Assembly: GCF_018977255.1 (NCBI RefSeq)
Contig: NW_024704742.1
Location: 4,962,001-5,026,000, forward strand
Reading direction: 5' to 3'
Origin: Callorhinchus milii
Lineage: Eukaryota
DNA length: 64,000 nt
The notes under the pieces are model-generated. The model ran no database searches, was not told where the DNA came from, and was given only the letters and a program-made list of their open reading frames with translations. Positions 39,021 through 50,303 of the stretch are shown piece by piece. Positions within the stretch are counted from its first letter, which is position 1, and the number at the start of each line of letters is the position of its first letter. The position numbers and the translations under genes are program-made.

Positions 39021-39965
39021 GATACTCCACTGAAGCTATCGATTCCCAGTACCACTTCTTGTACTTAACCAGTTTCCTTTCATATTATTTTCTGACAGCA
39101 AGTAAAAGATGTAAACCAATGAAAGGGATGTACTTTTTTGGTTTGCGGCAGGATCTCGTATGCCAGGCTACAACATCCATTTTTGAGCGTCAGTCCAATC
39201 CTGGTAATATCCCTGTGGTTCTCTCATCAATCTTGCCAGCACCACTATTTCTGAGGATATGCACCTTCCTGCAGAGCACTGTTTCCTTGAGTTGTTTCAG
39301 TGACAACCAGATATCTAACCAAGTAAAGTCACCACTCAGCCCAATACAACAAGCGATCCTCAGCGATGTTAATTGTTTTATTACCCACTGGGTAAAAACA
39401 GAAGCAAATGCCTGCAGAGCAGGTGCTGCCATTCTATCCTAATACTAAATAATAATAATCCTTGTTTTGATATATCGCCTTATCTAAGTCGTTGTGGGGC
39501 TTGAACCCTTCTGACTCGGGGATGAAAGTGCTACCACTGCGCCAGACTAACACACACAAGTCTTCAATGTCACTGAAGACTTCATTACAAAGACGAAGGC
39601 TATGAAGTCCTGAAAAAGACAGTTTTAATACCAAGTTCACCATTGAATGTTGCTCTATTCGGTTCTGAGGGAAGTTTAAATCCCCACTTTCTTTCATATT
39701 TCTATGATAAATATATCAGAAAAGGCACCAAAATAAAAAAAAGGCTTGACCATCAAACGGCAGAACCTAACCTCCTGCAATAGATTTCAAAAAAATTAAA
39801 CTGAGACCTTGCAGAAACCCAGAAAGAAAATTCAGGCATTTTCTCAGATCGTAGAATTCAGGGTTTTGCCAAGTACAATTTCGCCCGCAAAATTGTTTTG
39901 TGTTGGGCGAAACCTTAGGCAAGTTTCCTTACGCCACACACACGCCTCTGTTTACCCAGCAGTAA

Positions 39966-40619
39966 CAACAACAAGATTCCATTTATTGAGCGCCTTTCAT
40001 GTTGGGAGGCCGTCCCAAGACGCTATACAGTTGGGTCAGGACCCGAGCATTGGGGGGAAATGGTCAGAGTGAGGGGAGTGAAGGGAGGGAGCGAGGAGGG
40101 GGTAGAGAGTCGAGAGGGGAGCTGAAGACACGGTCAAAGAGAAAAGTCTTGAGACCAACCTTGAAGGAGGAAAGGGAGGAGGCGGCGAAGGCACTGGGGA
40201 TGGAGTTCCGGAGCCTCGGGGCTGAGAGGCTGAAGGCCCGACCACCGATAGTAGGGCGGTTGGGGCGGGGGATGTGGAGCAGACCGGAGCCAGAGGAACG
40301 GAGGGTACGGGCAGGTAGTAGGGGGATAGTAGGTCGGAGAGGCAGGAGGGAGCGAGGCCGTGAATGGCCTTGTAGGTGAGGATGAGGATCTTGAATTCGA
40401 TCCTCTGGGGGATGGGGAGCCAGTGGAGGCGAGCGAGGGTGGGAGTGATGTGGTCGCGGTGTCTGGTGCGGGACAGTACACGAGCTGCAGAGTTCTGAAT
40501 GACCTGCAGTGTGGAGGGAGGGCCGGGAAGACCGGCGAGGAGAGAGTTCCCATAGTCCAGCCTTGAGGTGATAAAGGCGTGGACCAGAGTTTCAGCCGCG
40601 TGAGGGGTGAGGTAGTGAC
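39966..40619 (-). mobile_element. L2 LINE 3' fragment, relatively young (open frame of about 195 aa)
   Basis: AAETLVHAFITSRLDYGNSLLAGLP...LQVIQNSAARVLSRTRHRDHITPTLARLHWLPIPQRIEFKILILTYKAIHGLAP. Confidence 0.93.
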
Positions 40620-41850
40620 CATACCTGGTCAAATCTACTCTTATTCATCACATATTTAAGTTATTAAAACACTATTATAATTTTTTATGCTCAATCTTCT
40701 CATATTGTATCGTAACTATAAAACAGTGACTTCTATTATGTGAGCTGTGTGAACCATGTGGATAGAGGGAATTACAAGTGTGCTTAAGTGTGCAATTAAC
40801 ATTCCAGCTTTTCTCCTGGAGTGTTAAGGAGACAGCTTTTCAAATGATGTTTAAGCTCATAAGTACACCTGAGCTTAGTTATGGTAAAGGGTTATGGGTC
40901 CTATTTCTCGCTGGCTACATTGTAGTGATCACTGCTCTACTTAATTCAGTAAGTAGGAACCTGGTTGTTAGTCGATTGGCAGATCATTTTCCAGGGGTAA
41001 TGATCCCTTCAAAATAAATAATAATAATGTGGTCACTCAATCCACGACTGTTTGTGGGACACTGCTGTACGCGGTTCGCCCACAAAATGTAGTCAATTCA
41101 CTTTTATGGTATATTCTGTGAAGCACTTTGTGATGTCTCGAAAACATGAGAAGGCGCTATATCAAATGCAAGGATTATTATTATTAACAGTAATATATAT
41201 ATGTATACACTGTGAAGCTCTTTGAGAGGTCTCAACGATTTGATAAGGCGCTACATCAAATGCAAGGATCCAACTTGGAGAGAGCTAAAAAGGGAACCAC
41301 TCACATGGAGCAGATAGACAGGAGCCTGACAAAAATACACACATTTGGGAATCATAGGGAAAAGCTTGGACCATTTGTAAACCAAAGATTTAAATATCGT
41401 AAGACATTTTAGTCAAATAAATTCTACTTAAAATCATTTACTTACATAATACTGTACATGTCCAGCAGTTATACTGAATACAAACTTTAAGGAATGTTTT
41501 CACAAAAGAAATGCACTTTCATACCTGGTCAAATCTACTCTTATTCATCACATATTTACGTTATTAAAACACTATTATAATTTTTTATGCTCAATCTTCT
41601 CATATTGTATCGTAACTATAAAACAGTGACTTCTATTATGTGAGCTGTGTGAACCATGTGGATAGAGGGAATTATAAGTGTGCTTAAGTGTGCAATTAAC
41701 ATTCCAGCTTTTCTCCTGGAGTGTTAAGGAGACAGCTTTTCAAATGATGTTTAAGCTCATAAGTTCACCTGAGCTTAGTTATGGTAAAGGGTTATGGGGC
41801 CTATTTCCCTCTGGCTATATTGTAGTGATCACTGCTCTACTTAATTCAGT
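40620..41850 (+). repeat. 331-bp direct repeat pair (40620-40950 and 41520-41850)
   Basis: Line-for-line near identity at a 900-bp offset; I count 7 substitutions. Confidence 0.97.
40947..41186 (+). mobile_element. tRNA-SINE 3' half (5' half at about 39905-39965)
   Basis: SINE split at CAGTAA by the L2-containing insertion. Confidence 0.85.
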
Positions 41851-41939
41851 CAGTGCCATTATAAAAATTGAATATTATGCTTTCTACAACATTTCCACAA
41901 TATAGTATTGTTTACCTTGCACAAACAATGTCTGCTTTC

Positions 41940-42186
41940 AAACTCTGCCTCAACCCTTTGGAACTCCATCCCCAAATCCCTTCACCTTGCTCCCTCTCTT
42001 GCCTCCTTCAAGGCACGACACAAGACCCTCCTTTTTGACCAGGCCTTCAGCTGCCCTCCTACCTCTCTGCCCTCCCTCATCCCAACTCTGCCCCCTCACG
42101 CTTCGGTCCTGATCCTTGACTGTCAGTGACTTGGGACATCCTCCTGAAGTGAAAGGCACTTTACAAATGTAATTGTGTTATTGTTG
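41940..42186 (+). mobile_element. L2 LINE 3' fragment
   Basis: LWNSIPKSLHLAPSLASFKARHKTLLF; family 3' end. Confidence 0.8.
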
Positions 42187-42776
42187 TCTCCCTTAAAAAA
42201 CCTGTTGGCTGATACCTTGAACATTATTCCCAAGGAGCATCACAAAAAGTTCATTCATTTTCCATGAGACAAAAAAAAGGGCAAGAAATAGATGGAAGGA
42301 AAATAGCTACAGTGGTGCAGATATACAATATGAAATATAGGGTAAATGGACTCCATATGAAATAGAGTAGAAGAATATTTTTTGATATGCACTTTTGAAT
42401 TCAACCACCATTTTGCCTTGGGAAATTAGTTTGAAATCAACATAGGCACAAAAAACATAACTTTACAGAGATAGCATAACACAAACAAAATATTATGATG
42501 CAAGAGAAACTGAGGTAGTGCATTGTGAAACAGATTGGGAGAAATAAAAAATACAGAAGAGGGATAAACATGAGAAAATAGACACAGAATAAGGTTAGGC
42601 CTGTGGAATAAAACAGAAGAATGCAAAAACTACATCAAAAGGTAGACACTTGAGAACATTAGGTGAATATCATTTGAACCAAGTCTGAGCCCTTAGAGTG
42701 ATGAATCTAACAGATATGGTGAGAGAATTCTTGATGTTGGACGTTGTGGCAGAACTAAATAGAGCAATGAAGAGAA

Positions 42777-43165
42777 CATAGAATATAAGAACATAAGAAT
42801 TAGGAGCAGGAGTAGGCCATTCGGCCCCTCCAGCCTGCCCCGCCATTCAATAAGATCATGGCTGATCTATTCTAACTCCACCTATCCGCCTTATCCCCAT
42901 ATCCCTAAACCCTTTATCCACAAGAAATCTATCAATCTTAGTCTTGAATATGTTCAAGGACTGAGCATCTACAGCCCTTTGGGGTAGAGAATTCCATAAA
43001 TTCACTACGCTCTGAGTGAAGAAGTTTTTCCTCAACTCAGTGCAAAAGGGCTTACCCCTAATTTTAAGACTGTGACCCCTGGTTATAGTTTCTCCAACCA
43101 GGGGAAAAAGTCTCCCACTATCTATTCTGTCGTGCCCCTTAATAATCTTATAGGTTTCTATAAGA
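42777..43165 (-). mobile_element. CR1 LINE 3' fragment
   Basis: AAGAACATAAGAA...AGGAGCAGGAGTAGGCCATTCGGCCC, a typical CR1 3' end with tandem tail, in reverse. Confidence 0.8.
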
Positions 43166-43705
43166 AACTCTTAAGAGACTCTTTATACTTTGTTTTTTCT
43201 ATGCTACTGAATCGAATTCCCAGTTTCTCCTCTTTAAATCCTACTTTTGCATCTTTTCTCTCTAATTACCATTCTATCCCAAGAGAAGCTCCATTCAAGT
43301 TCCACTTAAAACAAACATGACGCTTTTTCCAATTACAAAAAATGGAGAGGGTATGTGGTACATACAGAAGATACCAGGAAAGGGTAAGACAGTACGTGTG
43401 GGAAGGCAACACTGCTTTGATTATATTTTTCACCAAAGCAGAGGAAAAATGCAACTTCACAAACCTCCACTCATTTTACTTTGAAAGTGCAAATCAATTA
43501 AATGCGCATAATTTATAAGGTTCACACAAAAATTAAACATTTATATTTAAAATATTTTACATGTAAAGCCAAATCATACCATTATGAATCTAAGGGGAAA
43601 AGTAGGAGCTAATAATAAATAGATATGCTATTACTATTCAAAAGTGACTTCAGCGAGCATAATATTCAAAAGAGTCCGTTTTGCTGTAAAGAATATTTCA
43701 CTCAC

Positions 43706-43926
43706 CGTGCATATATGGGTCCAGGTTTCTAACTGCTTTAAAACATCCTGATGGAGCTCTTCATTGAACATCTTCTTGTACAACTGTGGATATTTGGAAA
43801 CCCATACTCCATTGGTATATTTATTCAAAATCTCTTTCAATCGGGACTGCACTAATTCAGCGTTGTAGCTGGATTTAGAGGTTGTTAAATTGGATTTTCC
43901 TGTATCCACAGATTCACTCCAAACAC
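43706..43926 (-). CDS. TDRD7: TDRD7 coding exon 5 (LOTUS domain 2)
   Basis: ...YNAELVQSRLKEILNKYTNGVWVSKYPQLYKKMFNEELHQDVLKQLETWTHICT; CAG acceptor, GTGAGT donor; 221 nt. Confidence 0.95.
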
Positions 43927-44399
43927 CTGGAGTTTGAAAAAAATGAAATTGCATCACAACTTAGTATTCTTTTCTGAAGAACAATAGGAATAAAATCAAA
44001 TTGAAAAGCTAATGTGTTTTGCAGTTTTAGCAGGTGCGTGATTTGAGAGCAAATGGAACTAATGTTCTTACACCAACTCTTACAATCTTAGTGGAGATAA
44101 CCCAGCTGTTTCTCCTACCACAGGAATGCAGAATAATTCCCCAAGCTTCCGCAGGCACAAGCCTAATCGGTGGATCAGGGCATTAAAAGGTACATGTTAA
44201 AGACCAACATGTTGTAATAGTAAATATTTAAACACACACCACTCGGTGGCTATTTGAATATTAAATGCTGCCAAGGTAAAAAAAAAATCTGATTTGGAAA
44301 TGCACTGATTTAATACCATTACTTAATAAAGGCTCTTTACATTAATGGCGAGTTATGTCCCTCAAATCCATCAAAAGCAGTCTTCAACAAAATGCAGCT

Positions 44400-44720
44400 A
44401 ATAATCCTTGCATTTGGTATCGCACTTTATCAAGTCTGAAGGACGTCTGAAAGCGTTTCACCAGATTTACTGTGAAATGAAGTGGCTCTGTATTTGTGGC
44501 CAACCACAGCAGCACATTTGTGCACAGGAGTGTCCCTCAAACAATCATGAAGCAAGCGACCGATCTTATTTGGGGATTGTTGGCCAGGATATCAGGAGAC
44601 TTCTCTTTCTGAATAGTGCCATGGGATCTTTAACGTCCACCTTAACAGGTAGACGGGATCTCGGTTTAACCGTCTCATCCAAACGACAGTATCTCAGACA
44701 ATGCAACAGCCCCCACTCCC
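44400..44720 (-). mobile_element. Deu-domain-type SINE
   Basis: GAATAGTGCCATGGGATCTTTAACGTCCACC...CTCGGTTTAAC...CTCATCC core. Confidence 0.65.
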
Positions 44721-45058
44721 CCAATGGCTAAACTATGCCCGTCTTGAACCTCTTTCTCTCACGACTTTGTCAACAGCAAAATTAAAGTAAATTGGATTGT
44801 GGTTTACCCTTTCACTGAAAGATAGAATTATCCAGAAACAAAGAAATGTATTCAAATCACAGCGATAAAGTCAATTTGATGCTTCAAGGAGTAATCTTTG
44901 AGAGTTGGAAAGTAAAACAGTAGAATGGTGGATGTGTGAAAGATGAAAGGAACATTGGAAAACATCATATGCGCTTGAAGAGGATGCCATTGTATCCTGT
45001 GCTATATACAGGTTATGTAAATATTGTAAATGAAAATAAAAAAACTGACACTACGTAC

Positions 45059-45150
45059 CAGTCTGCTCACTTGGTGTATTTTTGGCCAAATGCACCTGAA
45101 GCTCCTTCTGAAATCTTGGAGGAAATGAAAGAGGTGGCCTTTTTTCAGAT
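45059..45150 (-). CDS. TDRD7: TDRD7 coding exon 4 (short)
   Basis: (R)SEKRPPLSFPPRFQKELQVHLAKNTPSEQT(G); CAG acceptor, GTACGT donor; 92 nt, phase 2 to 1, exactly bridging the neighbouring exons. Confidence 0.85.
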
Positions 45151-46597
45151 CTGTTCGGAGAAAATGACACTTAAGATTAGAAATCTTAAAATTCAGTAAT
45201 CTATCTAGGTGTGATCATCAAACTTTAAATGGGTAAGACAAGCAAGACAGCTGAGAATTCCTTACTGTATTGCCTACATTAACTTATTGTGCTTTACTTT
45301 GTCTAGAAGAGGCACAGTACCATAATATCTGTCAAAACAAGGAATTCATTTCTCTTACAGTAGTAAAAAAAAATTCCATTGTAAATGGAAATGTTAATAT
45401 AGGACAAATCAGTATTTCCTAAATCTTGTCCACTGCAAAAATAAAAATGTACATACTGTGTGTGCCAGACCTCATTTGGAGCGCTGTGTGCAGTTCTGGT
45501 CACCATACCATAAGAAGCATATTGAAGCAGGTTGGGCAAGTGCAGCACAGACTTACTTGGATATGATCGGGACAGATTTTTCTCTGGAGATGAGGCATTT
45601 GGGAAGGGATATGATAAAGATGTTTAAAATTACGATAAGTTGCCACACACATAAGCAAGTTGTTTTCACATGTTGGTGAATCCATAACAGGGGTATAAAC
45701 AATAAGATAGTCACTAGCATATCCAAGAGTTTGCAGTGCTACAAGATGCTATCTTAAGTGAAGGGAGCTATGTAAGCGCAGGTTGTTGTAAAAGATTTTT
45801 TTGAGACGCATCTTTTCCCAGCGGTGCACTTCTGAACCAGAAGGCGTCAATGTATTTATGAGTAAACTCAATGCAGCCACGAGGGAGGAGGGATGAGGAC
45901 GGTAGAGACAAACTTAGAATATTGTATCCAGCAAAATGTAAGAAACCTATTCTATTGTTAATGGAAATTTAAAAATAGGACAAATATTTGGAGGATTGTT
46001 GGCCAGGACACGAGAGGAACCCACCCCCCCACCCACCCCGAATAATGCCACAGGATCTTTAACGTCCGCCTGAACAGGCAGACGGGACCTCGGTTTAACG
46101 TTTCATCCGAAGCATGGAATTACCTCAGTCTCCTCTTTTCTAAAGAGAACAAACCCGATTTGCTCAAACTTTTCACAACCATTTCAATCCTCTGTACCCC
46201 ATTCAAGGGGAATTTTATCTGTTCTATGAGTATTAACTAGAACTTTACAAAAGTATATTCTTCTGATTAAATGTCAATAAGATCATTATTGAATTCATCC
46301 AAACATTTTGTAGATTTGTTCACGATTTCCACTGATATTTTTCTGATAGGTTCAATTCTGTTGACTTAATAAATGGCTGTTTTGTGGAAATACATACTCC
46401 CTCTTCTACATCCTTGTTCCCATAGCAATTATCTTTACTTATCCACATCAAAATACATCTGCTACCTACTGGATTAGTTATCAAAGAGATCCAAATTGTT
46501 CTGGTCTGCTGTAGTGTTTCTAATTATTTGCGCTGCCTTCTATTTCATCAGTGAAATTACATCATAAAAGGAGTTTTTGTGGTCTATCTGAAGTAAG

Positions 46598-46962
46598 AAT
46601 AATAACCATTGCATTTGATACATTGCCTTACCACGTCTTTTTGAGACGTCTCAAAGCGCTTCACAGAATATACTGTAAAGTGAATCGACTGTATATTTTG
46701 TGGGCGAAATGCGGCAGCCAATTGCGCACAGCAGCGTCCCACAAACAGTCGTGGATTGAAGTGACCAATTTATTACGACTGTTTTTTTGAAGGAATTATT
46801 ACCACTGGAAAAGCCAACCACCAATCGATTAACAGGTTCTTACTTCCTGCTAGGTAAACAGAGGCGTGTGGAGTAAGGAAACTTGCCCAACATTTCGCCC
46901 TACCAGCAACTGAACCCAGCTCGCTCGCTTGTGAGGCGAGTGCTCTAAGCGACGGGACTCCA
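46598..46962 (-). mobile_element. tRNA-SINE near full-length copy
   Basis: Head, body and tail present. Confidence 0.85.
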
Positions 46963-49900
46963 CAGATACATCCCATACTGAAGTATTCTAATTCCAATTC
47001 CCCCTCTTTGTAAACTAGTTCCTATCACCTTATTATCTGTAATATTTGGAAATTTTCCTTATGACATCTTTATCAAATTAACATTAAATAGCTGGACTTG
47101 TAAAGACTGGCTTTGAGCCCCTTAAACCTTGGAGGTCTCAATAAAAATCAAAGGGGCCCAAGTGACTTTTCCTAACCTCACGATATATACAAATTCAATA
47201 TTTAGGTATCTTATAGACCATAGTGAACAGGTAATAGTTTCCTTGGTAACCAACTGAAAATTGATTTCATGTAAAATTTCAAATAATCCCATGTCATATT
47301 AAATATTTGCATACCATAAAAATAATAAAAACGGGGGGGATAAACACACAAGTGAGAGTGAAACAAGCTGATACGCGCCTGCTGATTGCACGAAGGTCTG
47401 TACAATCGCAGGCTTGCTTATATAGTACAGGTGTAACGCTTCTACGAGCCATTATCTGTCTGAATACCTTTTAGGTTTTTAGCTTGGTTTGATTTCTCTT
47501 TTTTTTTAAAAAAAAAAGAGCGCTTGGTTCAGGTTCTATTTAAACATGCAATGGCAGAGAAAAAGATTACCTACTTTGTAGAGCTGCCTTCACTTTTCGG
47601 AGATAACTTGCTCCCCCCCAGGGGTTTTGCAGGGAATGATCATGTCCAGGGGATGACATCTCTTGAAGATGTTTGTGATGTCATTGCACTGAGATGTTGC
47701 TTATAAACATCCCTTTCCCCATGCTACAAAGAGTGTGTACTCCATACAAGGAACGTGGGTTCACTTTGACATGATTGTGGAGGAAAACCTTAAAATGCAG
47801 GATCCCATATTCCCTTGCAAGGCACAGAGAAAGGAATTAGATTCTGATGGTGAAGGATGCGTCCAGTGAAGAATATGTCGATTCACAAAAAAACCATGAT
47901 CCTGTAATACAGTGACTGATCCACTGATAGCTCGTCTCCCTGTGTGTTAGACATCAAGGCGTCAATTTCTTGCAGCTCAACACGGACAAGACTGAAGCCT
48001 TCCTCCAAGGGTCTCGCCAACTTCTCACTTTGCTCTGACCTCCTCAACCTCCCTGCCCACCTCCCCCACTCACACACACATTCACTGAACCAGTGCACAC
48101 AAACGAGGTGTTCGGTTTGATCCTCAGCTCTCCTTCCTCACATTCAGTTCCCCACTGAGACCCTTTCTTCATCTTCACATAGCTTGTCTGGCTCCTCCTA
48201 TCTCAAACAAAATGCAGCCAAAACTTCCATTGCTCACTGACCCATTTGTTAACACCAGATTAGATTTCTCAAACGCCATCATGGCAACCACAAATTCCAG
48301 ATTAGACCAAACTTCATTGCCTGTATGCTCACCGGTACCAAACTCCGCACGCCCATTACCTCATCCACTGGTGGGTGCGCTTTCAGACAATGTGCTACCA
48401 CTATCTGGAAATCCATCAGTCTCTCTGCCTAACCCTGCATTAAGACTCAGCTCTTTGCCCATACCTTCAGCCACCTTTTCTTCTCTTCTGCCCCTAACCG
48501 TGGCTCCATCAGTGCTGTGAAGCACTTTCGAGACATCCTAGCATCATAAAAATAACTATATAACTAATCCATGCACCTGATATAGTACTTTCACGTTCAG
48601 CAGATGCCTCAAAAGTTCTTCACAGGATTTAGTGTAAAATGCAGTGACTGTATTTGTTAGCCAAAAGCAGTGTCCACAGATAGCCATGGAGTGAATGATC
48701 AATTTTATTTGGGGGATTGCTGGCCAGAACACTGAGAAACTCCTTTCTCTTTTCGAATAGTGCTGTGGTAAGTTTCAGATCCACTTATATAAACGCAAAT
48801 TGCTGCTGTTGCTGCTGCATGGAAGATTCTTCAATTTTAAGCAATGGGAAGCAAAAATATCTTGTGTGAGCTCTTATTTTGTTGATGCCTTTACTGGCAT
48901 GCATTTCTGCTGCTTCACTTTCAAGATTTGCAACAGGTAATTGATTTTTTGCCACTTTCAAGAAGAGGTTAGGCCTGACTAACATAATAGAGACAGAACT
49001 GATAATTCAGCCAGCACCAAAGAATGTCTAGACATTGCCATCAATAATGATTGATAGCAATGATGGTAATGAATTTAACACTTAAGAACTTCCCTTACCT
49101 CAGCACAACTATCTCCAATACCAGGAAGCTTAATGACAAAATCAAAGGTCAAACCACAAAGCTAATAGGGTTTTTTTGGAAGGTTAAAGAAACAAATATG
49201 GAATTCAGGATCTGAAATTCTCCCTTGAAGGAACAAATTCGACCACAGTGTTATTCTGCCATTGTTTTTTTGCTGCTGCAAAACATACCACTTACTTAAT
49301 TCAAACTCAAGACTAGTTCCAGTTGCTGCAAGCAGTTCAAAAAACAACTTTTTTTTTTGTTGGTCCTAATTATTGGTCTCTGATTTTTGCAGTCCTTGTA
49401 CCCAACTATAGTTTTAGGGAACACAAGTACATTAATTTAGGCATTAGCCTGGCTCATTTGGTAGAACTCTTGCCCCAAAGTAAAAATGTTGTGGGTTCAA
49501 GGCCCAAGTCAGGATTTCAAGCACACAGTCCAGGCTGACGCTCCAGTCCAGTATTGGGCAGGTTTGCATTGCCAAAGGTGCCATCCTTTGGAGACACATT
49601 AATCAAAGGCCCCACCTGCCTACTCAGTTAAACATTGAATATCTAATGAGATTATTGGAAAAGAAAAGCAAGTTTCTCCCGGAGAACTGGCCAACAATCT
49701 CCCAGATTAAAAATATCAGTCCACTTATTGGATGTTTGTAGAACAACGCTGAATACGAAACCGGCTGCAGAGCTTGCCCACAAATACAATCACCACACTT
49801 TACGGAAAACTCTTGAAGCACTTTGATTTGCCTTATCATATCAATACTTCTCAAACGCGAGGTTTATTTTTATGATTTTGATTTAAAATCGATTTCAGTT

Positions 49901-49984
49901 GGTTCAACTGTTTGTGAGATTGAGGGATATTTGAAGATGTACTACACATAGGTTGGATTTTGTTAATTTCCAGCTGCACTGTAT

Positions 49985-50165
49985 AATAATAATCATTGCA
50001 TTTGATACAGCGCTTTTCACGGCTTCTAGATGTCTCAACGTTCTTCACAGAATATACTGTAAAAAGTGAATTGATTGTATACTTGTGGGCAAAACCTGGT
50101 AGCCAATTGCACACAGCGGTGTCCCACAAACAGTCGTGGATTGAGTGACCAAATTATTATTTTTT
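49985..50165 (-). mobile_element. tRNA-SINE 3' part
   Basis: Family tail and body. Confidence 0.8.
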
Positions 50166-50183
50166 TTGTTAGGGATTTTAGGG

Positions 50184-50303
50184 ATAAAGCATAATGCCAC
50201 CCAACAAGAGATAAGAAATATTTGGCATAAATAAAACTCTTAATAGAACATGCAGTTTGGAAGGAAAATAGCAATGTTTAAAATGGGTGGCATTACGCTT
50301 TAT
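50184..50303. mobile_element. 120-bp MITE-like element with 20-bp terminal inverted repeats
   Basis: ATAAAGCATAATGCCACCCA ... TGGGTGGCATTACGCTTTAT (1 mismatch). Confidence 0.6.

Noticed and set aside
40036..40632. 198-aa ORF and similar ORFs (1890-2528, 4739-5233, 28787-29359)
   Set aside because: 5'-truncated L2 ORF2 C-terminal remnants, not host genes
40778..41905. Two near-identical ORFs (MCLSVQLTFQ...) suggesting a gene pair
   Set aside because: By-product of the 331-bp intronic duplication; GTG starts, antisense to TDRD7
47571..47790. Possible extra TDRD7 exon (donor-like AG|GTAAT at 47570)
   Set aside because: Stops in every frame from the candidate acceptors; the flanking exons already join in phase
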